Source: Eledone cirrhosa (Eukaryota). Taken from it: a stretch of DNA of 64,000 nucleotides. Shown here piece by piece: positions 28,774 through 40,639 of this stretch (position 1 is its first letter; each line of letters begins with the position of its first letter). Where the stretch lies: positions 98,146,001 to 98,210,000 of the forward strand of contig OZ024743.1 in NCBI GenBank assembly GCA_964016885.1. Reading direction: 5' to 3'. A program made the translations under genes and the position numbers. The notes beneath the pieces are model-generated. The model made no database searches. It was not told the origin of the DNA and saw only the letters and a program-made list of their open reading frames with translations.

Positions 28774-29559
28774 TCAGGTGGCAAAAACATTGGCAAAAAT
28801 GTGTGTCAATTTAAGATTTCCAACATTGTTCAAATGAATCATATCTGGTTTGAAGTCAGATTTGTCAAATTTTGACCAATTTTCAATGTTGTGGAGATTG
28901 GGCAAGTTCAATTTTTGAATCATTTCTTTCATGCAGTAATTAAACTTTTCCAAACGAGAATTTCTCTTGCCCAAGTCATTTTTATTTTCAATTACACTTT
29001 GTGGACGTGGAATGACACCACTGTAGAAAATGGGTGTACAGTGGTGCTTTTCCGCTATTTTCTGTAGCCTTGCAAAGAGACTCTTCCCCTGTTTTTCCGG
29101 TTTTGTGCCTCGAATGGGCACTTTGTCCTTAATTTACAAATAAATGATTAATAAAAAATACTTGGGCAAAAATTATTGTATTACTTTGTAGTGCCAACGG
29201 TGCGACGAGGATTCAGATCATTAGAGCCGACATGAACCACCAATACTTTCACAAAAGGACAACAGATAACAATGTTGGCGATTAACATTACCTGGCCCTG
29301 ACGGGCCCCAGGTATACAAAATATCTAAGTATTTTTGTTGGTATGATAAGTAAATACATTTGAATTAATATTTTTATACCTTCTGGTCATTCGATTTCGC
29401 CACATTTCTAATTATGGATTTGTAAAAACTGGCATGAATGTGAATTTGATCAGTCCAATTGCCCGATTTTAGTGAAAAGTTTTGATTCGAAATGGAAATA
29501 CTCCATTTCCGTGCCATGGAAAAAATGAATAAGCCGATCAAAAAGCCGCGAAACATCAT
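28774..29559 (-). pseudogene. SGNH/GDSL-hydrolase (esterase)-like gene with two short introns, probably decayed
   Basis: Spliced translation SIIRNV..|IFCIPGAR...VLVVHVGSNDL..|...YSGVIPR...FN...DMIHLNNVG matches SGNH blocks II, III and V. GT-AG introns at 29379-29325 (55 nt, phase 0) and about 29184-29128 (57 nt, 1-nt phase mismatch). Block I reads YKS rather than GDS. Confidence 0.7.
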
Positions 29560-30151
29560 TTTTAATTAAGCGAAATTAGTGGATGCAAATCTCAGAAAAT
29601 ATTGTACACTATTCGCACTAATCGGTACAAAAATATAGCGCAATATTCGCACCTATCGGTACGAAAAAAAAAATAAATAAATAAGAATAAAAAATAAAAA
29701 AATAAAAAATCGCACGACTTAATAATACTAGAAGTGCAAACTATCTATTGAATACCTGGTATATGAAGAGCAACCGATACGATCGGTCGGCGATCGGTCT
29801 TGAAGAAGAATGAAGAATGAAGTGAAATTTTGGTCTGGTTGTTGTCATCGGTGTTTCGCAGAGATGCCGGCACGAACAAAGGTGTCAGTGACACAAAGTT
29901 GTCCGCTTGAACAAAGGTGTCGGTCCGACAAAGGTGTCAGTCAGACAGACAGTCAGACAGTGTCACAGTCGGTGCGACAAAGCGATCGATGTGATTAAAA
30001 AAAATTTAACTCACATGTTTATCTATATTTTCGCAAACTATTGATAAATTGGTACAAAAAATAGCTTTGATAATAAACATAAATTTTTAACGAAGTATTT
30101 AAAAATCATTTTCACAGTGAAAAGTGAAGTAATGTTTCACACTGACGCAAG

Positions 30152-30282
30152 TAGGGCCGTTCAGAAATGACGTAGTCAATTAGGAGGGGGGGGATTCGGC
30201 GATTTGACTACATTTGACTAACGTAATCACAATCACAAGAGTTCCGCCGAAAAAAATTCGTCATTTCTGGATTACCTCCCCT
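30152..30282. mobile_element. Short MITE, possibly PIF/Harbinger-like
   Basis: Imperfect TIRs GGGCCGTTCAGAAATGACG ... CGTCATTTCTGGATTACCTCCCC, flanked by TA. Confidence 0.45.
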
Positions 30283-30600
30283 AGCGTCACGCTTACTACT
30301 CACTCACTTGAACACAAGATTTATCAGCAAACTTTGGTTATAAACTTTTTCCCACTGGACCAAATTTCTAGATTTTTAAGCCAAAAGATGCGTAATGATC
30401 TACTGTTCATGCTCATATAAGTTTTATCTCAGTTAAATAAAGTAGAGCCGCGCTGTACTGTCGTAAACAGACGATTGCCAACGAAACACGACCACAACAA
30501 TATTACTAAACGGACTACCGTCCGTTTAGGATAATCCAAGATAATAGAATTACATTATATCAATTTATAATTGGGGTGTGTTTGTAAATTCTCTCTCTCT

Positions 30601-30803
30601 AGAAGAAGAAGGAGAAAAAGAAGAAGAAAAAGAGGAAAAAGAAAAAAAGAAAAAGAAGAAAAAGAAAAAAGAAAAAGAAGAAAAAAAGAAAAAGAAAGAA
30701 AAGAAAAAAAGAAAAGAAAAAAGAAAAAGAAGAAGAAGAAGAAAAAGAAGAAGAAGAAAAAGAAGAAAAAGAAGAAAAAAAGAAGAAGAAAAAGAAAAAG
30801 AAA
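30601..30803. repeat. Purine-rich (GAA/GAAAA)n low-complexity tract
   Basis: About 200 bp composed only of A and G. Confidence 0.9.
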
Positions 30804-31129
30804 GTGTTATGCTTCGTCAGTTTTTTTTAAATTAGTAAGATTAATGAGAGAGGAAAGGAGGAAAAATTACAATTTTGTAGTTGATCGTAAAAACTGTTAC
30901 CCTTAGTTATTGAATAAATGTTTAAATACAATTAAAATTTAAATTGCAATGTATGTTTGGATCAAGGCAGGTGTTGATACAAGTTGATACAATATTTTCT
31001 CTAAAATTTGGAGTAGTAGGGAACAAAAAGTTTAGTAAATTCTAGTTTAGAGTATATATGCCTCTATTTTTTGTTTAATTAAGTTTATCACAAAATCTAA
31101 TGTAAAGTCATTTCAAGCAGATGTTCCTT

Positions 31130-31860
31130 CGTCTTCCCCGACATATGGGAAGGTAATAGAGGATAAGTACTCAGACACGCTGTTTAAAGTATCTTATCAG
31201 AAGCAACCGTCTCCAACTGATCTGACTGGATCTGCAGGTGAGACCATATGAGCTCATGAATGTTATCCAAGCATATTGCTCGTGATCTATATTTGGGTCT
31301 CCTGTCGGTTGGTTTGGCCCGTAAAATCTGTCTAACCATTTTAACCACATATTTATATTATCGGAGCTGTGGTCTCTCGATTTGGAGAATTGGCGGCTCC
31401 ACCTGGAGCGAATCCCAAATCTCAGAGCTACGCACCCTATCGAGTAACATTACTCCAAAGACCCTTCGGAAGAACTCTATTTCGGTCGCTTGTATTCACG
31501 ATCGTATATATTCGGTCATTACTCAAGATACATGACCATAGGTAAGAGTTGGTACTAACATCGAATTCAAGATAATTCGGCTTTTATCCTTAACTCCTTT
31601 CTTGTTATGACCAAGTGCGGAAGATGGCGTATAACTGCACCAGTTCCTGTAATTCTTGAATTTAATTCAGCCCCTTGTTTTCCATCATTCGGCCCCGAAA
31701 TACTTGAACTTCACCACCTACTTTAGTAGGGTCTCCACTCGCATGCAGAGAGCATAGCCAAGGCTTTCTTGAGAGGACGAGTGTCTCAGTCTTAGCAGCA
31801 ATCATTTTCATTCCTGCCGTGTAGTAGACGGCAGCAAACCTATCCAGTGCATGACGACAT
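31130..31860 (-). mobile_element. Decayed RTE-group LINE 3' fragment
   Basis: Minus strand gives RQILRAKPTDRRP.., homologous to the plus-strand remnant IRQILRAKQTGRRARG at 33830-34040. Confidence 0.55.
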
Positions 31861-32391
31861 GGTACAACTTAATTCACCAAAAGGTCATCTCCTTCGGTGC
31901 AATGAAAATTATCAACATCCTGCTCAGTCATTTTTACTGCAATAACTAAAATATTATAATTGTTATTTGCATATTTATAACCTTTTCAATAAATATATTT
32001 AACTTTAAAAAGAAAAATATTACCTTACACATTTAATAAGAAAATAAAGAAAGGGATAAATTTCATCAAATATATTTTTTTCTGATTAAAGTGCAAACTT
32101 TTATTAAAGAAAAGAAACCGGATGGCATTCAATATGACTGGGGGAAGTGTCACAATAATGAATTAAACCAAAAATTCCCAATTGTTTCATTGCATCGAAG
32201 AATGTTGTAAACAAACGTATGAGGCCTCCTCATTTATTTTAGTGCCATAGAGGTATGTATATTTTATATCTACAGTAAAAGTTCCTGTTCAATATATTCT
32301 GCATATGAACTTTATAATTATCCGTGCCCTGATATACTCTCCGGGTTAATTTAGAAATTATTGTTTAATATATTCTAAACAATGTAACTGT

Positions 32392-33095
32392 TTATTCAAC
32401 TCTTGCGATTTCCAGAACAACCTTACGTAAAGGAGATTTCATATCCCATAAGTTATAATAAAGAGTGTCCCAATACATTCCTCTTTTATAATCTGACAAG
32501 GCGATAGAACCACCTGGAATTATTTCTCCGTTCAGGTTAGAGCAGCCACAGTTGGTAAACCACCAACCCCCACTACGTTTCCTAGCACAGTCCGTTGCTA
32601 CTCCATGATCAATAGTCGAGAATGTTTTATTATAATTAGAGGTTTCATTACATCTGCTAGTAGGATTAAAACTATCTCCGCCGCTACTTTCATTCGAGAG
32701 ATATTTACCTAAGATTAGCGGATATGAAAGATTTTTACTGCCGATTTGGAAACTGTCATAGACTGAATAGGCTTTCCCACCTCTTATACTGAATCCTTCC
32801 ATAGTAATTCGGAGTTTATATCTAATAGAGTGTGTTAACGCATGGATAATATCGTTGCCAAGCCAATAATCCGATTTTCCTTTTCCAAAACCGCGGGCAT
32901 ACTCGTCCCAAGTTCTGTTAAATATATTTTCGCCATTAACCCGACGAGAAATACTTGTCCACATTTCACCGTTGGTAAAATTACAATATACTTTCTTTCG
33001 TGGAAAGCCAGTAACTTCTATAATATAAATCCCACTTTCCAAATCGGGTTCTTTGCTTTTTACTTTCACATCTTGGCAATCGAATGGTACCTCCT
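32392..33095 (-). CDS. Exon 2 of a secreted fibrinogen C-terminal domain (FReD) protein (ficolin/tachylectin/angiopoietin-like family)
   Basis: PFDC...SGIY...VYC...WT..SRRVNG..FNRTWDEYARGFG...YWLGND.IH.LT...FSTIDH...GGWWFTNCGCSNLNG. Acceptor TTTTGTCTCTTTTCAG| before 33095 (phase 1), stop TAA at 32392, AATAAA signals downstream. Confidence 0.93.
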
Positions 33096-34249
33096 CTGAA
33101 AAGAGACAAAATAAGAAAATATTTTAAAATAGAAATAATTTACAAAGATTTAGAAGAACTATTATGTTAACAGATAATCCTCAGTATTAATACCATTCTG
33201 ATATTGAATGTTTATTGAAAATTATTTTTAAAAAAACAACACAAATGGACAATATCAGAGCCATGGAACTTTTTTGAAACCCCGACTATATCTCTCCGGT
33301 AGCATCTAGCTTCCTCCACTAGTTCCTGTACAGGTTATGAGGTTCCAGGTTCTAATTGTCAAGGTATCTCGGGGTGCACAATGTTTTTGCGTCCATCCCA
33401 CGCCTCCCAAGATAAGTCGCTGGCCCATCGCCAGTTTTTGTGGCATGAAATGGAGACTGCAATATATTTCTCGAACAGAACCCTCTACCTAAGGACCGAA
33501 TGTGTCCCTTGTTAACCCGCGCGAAGGACGATGTGGTATGGTTCTGTTTCCTTCCTCTCACCATATTGCAGTTTTAGTGGTCTTATTCGCATCAGTCACC
33601 AATCTAGTACTTTCTCAAACCTGCGAAGAATAGGCTTTTTAGAGGCGGCCTTTACTCTCCTCGTCATGGTTACATCACTGGGTTGTGAGAGTTTTGGGTG
33701 GGGATCTACAAGGGTTACCTTTTGCACCATTTCCCTTAGTTGTCTACCGCTGTGGGTCAGGGGCAGCTTGTTTGTTCGGCAGCTGTCTGCTTATATTGCA
33801 ACGTGGTTAGAATGTCTCAGAAAAAAAAAAATCATTAGACAGATTTTACGAGCAAAGCAAACTGGCAGAAGAGCTAGGGGTGAATCCCAATCAAGATAGT
33901 TAAAAAACATCTGTGAGCTTGGATGATCTCGCTTGGGGATCTGGCCGGATCAGATGTGGGTGGTTGCTTCTGACAGGACTCGCTGGAAGGAATGTTTGAG
34001 GATTCTGCATTCACAACCCTCTCAAGAAGAAGAAGAAGAAGCTACCCCAGTACTTTTTTTTATCTACCTCGAAAAAAATGAAAAACAAACTTAAAGTGCA
34101 GAGAACCGGAACGACTACCGCAAATCACAATACCCGACGCCCTAATTCTAATTCTGCCAATTCGTCGACTTCTAACATGTCTGCTGTTGTACAATTCCTA
34201 TTTCGAATCCTATTGAAGGGAAATTTTATTTTTTCATACCCTTGAGATT

Positions 34250-34612
34250 CTATTTAGAGAGCAGGGTAAAGGGTAACGACTCCCTTCGATCACGAATGAC
34301 CATGGGATTTTCACCTAGAAAGTTTGCCTTCGAAGCACAAGTCCGGGCAAGGTTGTTTCTGGGAGACCAGTAGTCGCTAGTACATACCAGTCTCCCCTCT
34401 CCCCACCACCGATGTTGTCCAAAGGAAAGACAAAGGCCGATACAGCTTAGCACTTGTGGCATCGCAACTCATTTCTACAATTGAGTGAACTGGAGCAACG
34501 TTAAATAAAGTGTCTTGCTCAAGGACATAACGCGAAGCCCAGTTTGAGAATCGAACTCACAACCTCGCGATTGTAAGCCCGACGCTCAAGTCACTAAACC
34601 ATGCGCCTTCAT
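34250..34612 (-). mobile_element. tRNA-derived SINE, family B (CORE-like GTCCTTGAGCAAGACACTT)
   Basis: A/B boxes followed by GTCCTTGAGCAAGACACTTTATTT.ACGTTGCTCCAGTTCACTCA. Copies at 35060-35230 (+), 43270-43400 (-), 54990-55130 (-), 57065-57190 (+), 57720-57860 (+), and a related one at 62785-62950. Confidence 0.8.
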
Positions 34613-35664
34613 TATAGACAGCAGACACTAGCATTATTCTGATACCAAGTATCTTGAATATCTGTTCCATATGCACAGTACATTCTGAATTCTATAATCA
34701 AAGATGTTCCATCTATCACCATTTCTTCTATTTTCTATAGACGAGAATGTATCATTTCAGTGAAATTTGGCAACTATTTCTAACGGGCCAAACGTTAGAT
34801 AGCATTGAGCTAATTTTCCAGTGACGCCGATATTTAAAACTCGTTCGTATACATGAAGAAGACAAGGAAAAATACTCCAGTGTAGTTTGAATTAATGAAG
34901 GGATCTTCAACGGTACGCCAACAACTTACAATAGGCTGGATATCTCTTATATAATGGTCATTCAATAATGATTGTATCTACACCAGGTGTCCCTAAAAAG
35001 ATCGTCATCCACCTCCAGTGATGGATGGTATCAACTATACCTTCATTGAACCTTTGTTGAAGGCGCATGTCTTAGTGGTTGGAGAGTCGGGCTTATAATC
35101 GCGAGGTTGTGAGTTCAATTCTCAGACCACGCTTTGCGTTATGTCCTTGAGCAAGACACTTTATTTCACGTTGCTCCAGTTCACTCAGCTGTAGAAATGA
35201 GTTGCAATGTCACTAGTGCCAAGCTCTATTGAAACGTGACATAAATACATAAGATAATACAATAAAATACTAATACAGACTTCTGGTCTATATATAATTA
35301 TATAATTAGTTTTTATTGTCTAATTATTTTCTATTCTGTTTACTGATTAATTTATTTATTCATTTATTTTTATACGGGTCTGGTTTAGATGAGGTAGTCC
35401 AGAACTCCATAAAGCGGTTCATGGTCTAAATGTGTTTTTTTTTTTGTTTTTGTTTTTTTTTTGTTTTTTTCTCTATCTACCTGATAGATTCAAATCGTGT
35501 CCATATTTGCTCTCCAGAAATCATTACCTCACTTTGAACCCAATTTCAAAATGGCATGAAAATCATTTCTTGAAAAATATAGAAATCCTCGATTTTTATA
35601 ACTGAAAGAGTCACTGTGTAAGGAAAGTTAAAAGTGAATACACACACGTTAAATACAACGAGTG

Positions 35665-35818
35665 TTCAAAGTGCTGTGAGGTTTACAAAGTGTTGTAAGG
35701 TTTACAAACTGTTGTGGAGTTTACAAAGTGTTGTAAAGTTTACAAAGTGTTGTAAAGTTTACAAAGTGCTGCGAGGTTTACAAAGTGTTGTGAATGTACA
35801 AAGTGTTGTGAAGTTTAC
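35665..35818. repeat. 19-bp minisatellite (GTTTACAAAGTGTTGTAAA) in the FReD intron
   Basis: About 8 imperfect tandem copies. Confidence 0.85.
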
Positions 35819-35900
35819 CAACAATTTACAAACAGAATCAGGATTTTGTTTTTCAAAATTTGGTTCATATTTGAAGAAAAATCAAATAATTATGACATAC

Positions 35901-36057
35901 CTGCTTTAGTAATTACTGCATAAATGGCATCAATTTTTTTATCCATTTCAGACATCTTCTCCCGAATACTGCGAAGCGACATCCTTACATACCTGCAACT
36001 CATGGATGAAACTATCGGAAAACAGCAACATAGCAAAAATATAAATTTGGAAATCAT
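35901..36057 (-). CDS. Exon 1 of the FReD gene (signal peptide plus short coiled coil)
   Basis: ACCATG start. MISKFIFLLCCCFPIVSS-MSCRYVRMSLRSIREKMSEMDKKIDAIYAVITKA, then G|GTATGT donor in phase 1, in frame with exon 2 (G+AG = Glu). Total about 286 aa. Confidence 0.85.
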
Positions 36058-36127
36058 GGTGCTTACAGATGAAGAGCGGAAGAATTATTGTCAAAAATGA
36101 TTGTTTTCGTCTCCGGAATAGACAATA

Positions 36128-36133
36128 TTTATA
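36128..36133 (-). promoter_or_regulatory. Putative TATA box of the FReD gene
   Basis: TATAAA on the minus strand about 70 nt upstream of the ATG, with a CRE/ATF-like TGACGTAA at 36190-36197. Confidence 0.4.
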
Positions 36134-36849
36134 ATGAAAAACAAACAGAACCGCCCTCACTTCAACCTCATTTGACAACTTACAAATATTTACGTCACAT
36201 GATTGACATAAATATAATATGTGTGGTGTGTGTGTATATGTGTGTGTGGTGCGTGTGTTTATTTTAATTTGTTTATTTAAATATATGTATATGCATACAC
36301 AAGTGACGAATGTTAGTCGATGTTAGCCGGCGACACAATAGTTCAATGCTGATTGGACATTTACAAAGCTTTTCAAGTAACAGGATGTACGCTCCTTGTA
36401 AAGTGCGCAGTAAGACAAGTAAAAACCCTATCGTGGGGTGGAGTGTCTGCAATTTGGTTTTGATTATTGACTGGCACTTCAAAAAAATATGAACGTCGAC
36501 CCAACAATAGAAACTTTAAGTGGTCATTTTGCAAGAGAAAGCAGCCAAATCGCTATCAAATTACATGCTGCCGTCTTAAAAAAAAAGATAATATAATTTT
36601 TTATTCTTTTACTTTTTCTGGTTTCAGTCATTGGACCGACACCTAGCTGCAGCACCTAGCTGAAGAAATCTAGTCGATCATATCATACAGAACTTAGTTT
36701 CGTACTTACTCTATTGGTCTCTTTTTGTCAAGCCGTTTTGTAAAAAAAGTATTCAATTACCGATATTACTTCGGTATTTGGGCTGAAGAATTCTTTATTT
36801 AATCAATTATACATAAACAAATTGTGTCAACTATATTTTACAAAAAGAA

Positions 36850-37480
36850 GTTAAACAATGATGGAAATATGAAAATAAAAAGATAAAAATAAAATTAAGT
36901 AATGAACAGAGGGGGAAGGACAGATCTGGGTGTAAAGGAATGTAGAGGATAGAATGTAGAGGATAGAACTATAAATGCCATAAATGAGAGGAAAATGAGG
37001 GGAAAAGTCATGGAAGAAAGGGGGGAGAGGGTGATAGGCTCTGCGCCTTGGGTGGGGTGGTGTTTCGGCTGTGCCCTGCGGACAAACCTGCAAAGGTATT
37101 TCCACGCACAATGGCCAGTGGTACCGTCTGCAACAGCCAGGCTCCTTCCTCAGACAGACTGCTAACGTTCCGATTTTACGGCAGTATGGGATCCGAGGAC
37201 ACCTGAGGTCTCGACGGTAACCGGAGTAGAAGCGGCTTGACAAGGTCTGCTATTTGTTTTCCTGTTCTCTGCATTGCGGGCTGCAGTACCGGGATTTGTA
37301 GCCGAAGAGACTAAGTTGAATGCGGAAGATTGTCACAGCATGTGGCGTCCCTGATGAGGGATTTACCTCCTTCAAAATAATTCCATCAGGGCGCTTGCCG
37401 TTTCTGCGGTAATTGAATAACAACAAACAGCGAAAGACGCGTTCCGGACTTGTCCGACAGACAACCTTTTCCCCCACCCC
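36850..37480 (-). mobile_element. CRE-like RLE retrotransposon 3' fragment
   Basis: Minus strand gives NGKRPDG and EEGAWLLQTVPLAIVRGNTF, with frameshifts. Confidence 0.65.
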
Positions 37481-37782
37481 GAAAAAAAACCCCAGTTGAT
37501 GGATGTGAATCCGAAATATATAGGGACTATTAAATCTCTCCCAAGGTAACTCTCTCTTGTGTTGTTATTTTTATTTTTATCCTTTATACTCTTCGCTTCA
37601 TTCTACACATCTCACACATCTTATACACACCACGCATCTCAACGTACACCCACTTACATCTCTCTCTCCACCACCGGACCTTGTTACCCGGAGATTTACC
37701 CATTTGCATTGTCGAGGCTTCCAAACGACTTAAAGATATTTACTTATTGTTCCACAATGCTTCAAGCAAACTTCAATACTCT

Positions 37783-37844
<62 letters not shown>

Positions 37845-37935
37845 GGGGGGGGGGGTGTATAGTAATAATGATAAATGTGAATACTAAATTCCGAAAGCGA
37901 TTCTTTGCTTAAACTAACTTTAATCTGTTATTTTA

Positions 37936-37997
<62 letters not shown>

Positions 37998-38002
<5 letters not shown>

Positions 38003-38543
38003 TTAGTTAAGCAAATCAAGGCCACAAATTTCATAAGGAAGACATTATTAAAAGATTGTCAGCATATTTTAGTTTGATGTAAGGAATGTAGAGAATAATA
38101 ATAATAATATTAATAATAATAATGTCCGTTTACAAATGCCTATGGCAGATCCACACAATGCAGCCTCGACAGATGAATACTGCTTGATTATGGCTGACAA
38201 CTGATACAACCAGGACACCATAGTGAAACACCAATATATGGAACACTACATTATGTAACATTCTCTCCTTATTTTAATTTATATTCCTTTGAAGTTCCGA
38301 TGAGCCGCTCTGTTTTTAAATATGTTAATTATTTTCAACTGAACCAGATCAATAATGATATATAGTCATCCGATCCAGAAATATTATATGGAGTAGCGAA
38401 ACAATTGAAAACGGACATTATTATTATTAATATTATTATTATTATTCTCTACATTCCTTACATCAAACTAAAATATGCTGACAATCTTTTAATAATGTCT
38501 TCCTTGTGAAATTTGTGGTCTTGTTTTGCTTAACTAATAAATA
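37998..38543. repeat. About 138-bp inverted repeat enclosing a variant hammerhead (CCGATGA...GAAACAATTG)
   Basis: Arms at 37998-38135 and 38405-38543. The left arm preserves TTGTA/AACGGAC, while the right copy has TTGAA/AACGGAC. Confidence 0.8.
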
Positions 38544-38697
38544 TTTCCAGCTCTGCGCGCCTAACTTCTGCATGAACCCAGCCACCTAGCTGCATATTAC
38601 ACATTGAGCACATGCCTTTACGCTTTGGCTTCTAACTAATTCACCAATCTCTCCTCTCCTATCTACATCTCTCTCTTTAAGATTGGTTACTCTTGAA

Positions 38698-38736
<39 letters not shown>

Positions 38737-39111
38737 ACCATGGACTCAGCCGGATGGCTGGAACAGGTAAAAAGAGTATATAATTATAAGTTTTAAGAAC
38801 AGTCAGACAAAATATATCCAATCTTTCTTCTCCTTTGTCCGCAGAAATCAACTAAATAAATAATCATTTAAACGGAGCTAAGTTTAAAATGTAACTTTGA
38901 AGAAATAACAGATAAATGTCAGACTTCCCTTTGTGAAGAACAGTCAGATAAAATTTACCTAGTCTTTCCTCTTACTCCGTAGAAATTAACTCGACAAATA
39001 ATCAATTAAACGGAGCTAAGTCTAAAATACAAGTTTGAATATATATAGGGATAACTTGAACAGTTAAGGTATATTATCCTTGGCCATGTCAAATATTTAT
39101 AAAACATTTTG

Positions 39112-39173
39112 TATTTTATCTGATGATAGCGTACCAAAATTGTTGGTACCCTTGAAATATATATAATAGAATA
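39112..39173 (+). ncRNA. Type I hammerhead ribozyme
   Basis: TATTTTAT-CTGATGA-TAGCGTACCAA...TTGGTACCCTT-GAAA-TATATA-TA/ATAGAATA. Confidence 0.8.
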
Positions 39174-39214
39174 AATATGGTTTTATACATATAGTTTCCA
39201 TTTAATAAATATCA

Positions 39215-39298
<84 letters not shown>

Positions 39299-39522
39299 AC
39301 ACACAATGTGGTCTACCTTTCACGGTAGGGTCTATCCCGTAGTTAGAACTCAATGTAATCCATTAGAATGTAGTTCAGTGAGATGCTGTGATTAGTTCCG
39401 TTGGATATTAGGTATGAATATCATAGGTTTGTATTTCACTGAGTCAATCTTTTAGATAGAGTGTCTGATATATTATATAATAGTTTAACAATGATAACAA
39501 AGACAAGTTATTTTACATATTT

Positions 39523-39650
39523 CATTGTTTTACGATCGTTTCTGAAGGTTGACCATATCGATATATTGACTGATCTATAGCAGTGAGAGAACTGTATACT
39601 ATAAGACATAATACATGGCTTTGATTATACCGTCTTCTTCGGAAACAATG
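39523..39650 (-). ncRNA. Hammerhead ribozyme with U4C core (CCGAAGA)
   Basis: Reverse complement: CATTGTTT-CCGAAGA-long stem II-GAAAC-GATC-GTA/AAACAATG. 8-bp stem I and palindromic ACGATCGT. Confidence 0.65.
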
Positions 39651-39704
39651 ATGTTAAAATCTTTATTGGCAGTTTATATAAAGGGTAGATATAAGAATAG
39701 ACAT

Positions 39705-39762
<58 letters not shown>

Positions 39763-39843
39763 TTTATCCCGGGTTCAATCAGGGGTAACCACAGTAAATA
39801 AGGTACTCAATACATAGCAGAGTATAAATATTTAATATTGAAA

Positions 39844-39897
39844 TGGCTTCTACAGGACTAGAACTGTTTCATTCGGGAGAAATCATCAGGAAAGCCG
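39844..39897 (-). ncRNA. Type I hammerhead ribozyme (left arm of palindrome)
   Basis: Reverse complement of 39915-39968. Confidence 0.8.
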
Positions 39898-39914
39898 ACT
39901 ATTACACTGACAGT

Positions 39915-39968
39915 CGGCTTTCCTGATGATTTCTCCCGAATGAAACAGTTCTAGTCCTGTAGAAGCCG
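39915..39968 (+). ncRNA. Type I hammerhead ribozyme (right arm of palindrome)
   Basis: CGGCTTTC-CTGATGA-TTTCTCCCGAAT-GAAACAG-TTCTAGTC-CTGTA/GAAGCCG. Confidence 0.82.
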
Positions 39969-40215
39969 TTTCTATATTAAATATTTATATATATATATTT
40001 ATTAAAATAACTTATTAAATTTTAAGCAAAGAATCGCTGCTTTCACCCTTAACGAGATTTTCTGAAACTCCCGTTAAGGGTGAAAGCAGCGATTCTTTGC
40101 TTAAACTTTAATCTGTTATTTTAATAAATATTTGCTCTAGGGTTCTTATATATTTGATATATATTTATCCTTATCGAGACCCCCTTTGTATTTTAGTCTT
40201 CACATTTATTATTAT

Positions 40216-40416
<201 letters not shown>

Positions 40417-40440
40417 GGAAAATCTGCTTCGTAGAATCAA

Positions 40441-40536
40441 GACGTATCTGAGGACCTTGCGATTTTCAGAGTCAGGTTCGATCATCACATCGATCGTGCC
40501 TCGAGCTGGTCGCCAGAGAAACGATTGTAATATGTC
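40441..40536 (+). ncRNA. Type I hammerhead ribozyme with extended stem II
   Basis: GACGTAT-CTGAGGA-CCTTGCGATT...GGTCGCCAGA-GAAAC-GATT-GTA/ATATGTC. 7-bp stem I. Confidence 0.78.
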
Positions 40537-40639
40537 CAATAAATTCCATTAGTCGCAACACTGATTCTCTTTTTTTCTGTGATATCATACTCTGCTCTAT
40601 GAGAGTATCGAGTGCTCTACCACCTACCGGATAAGTGCT

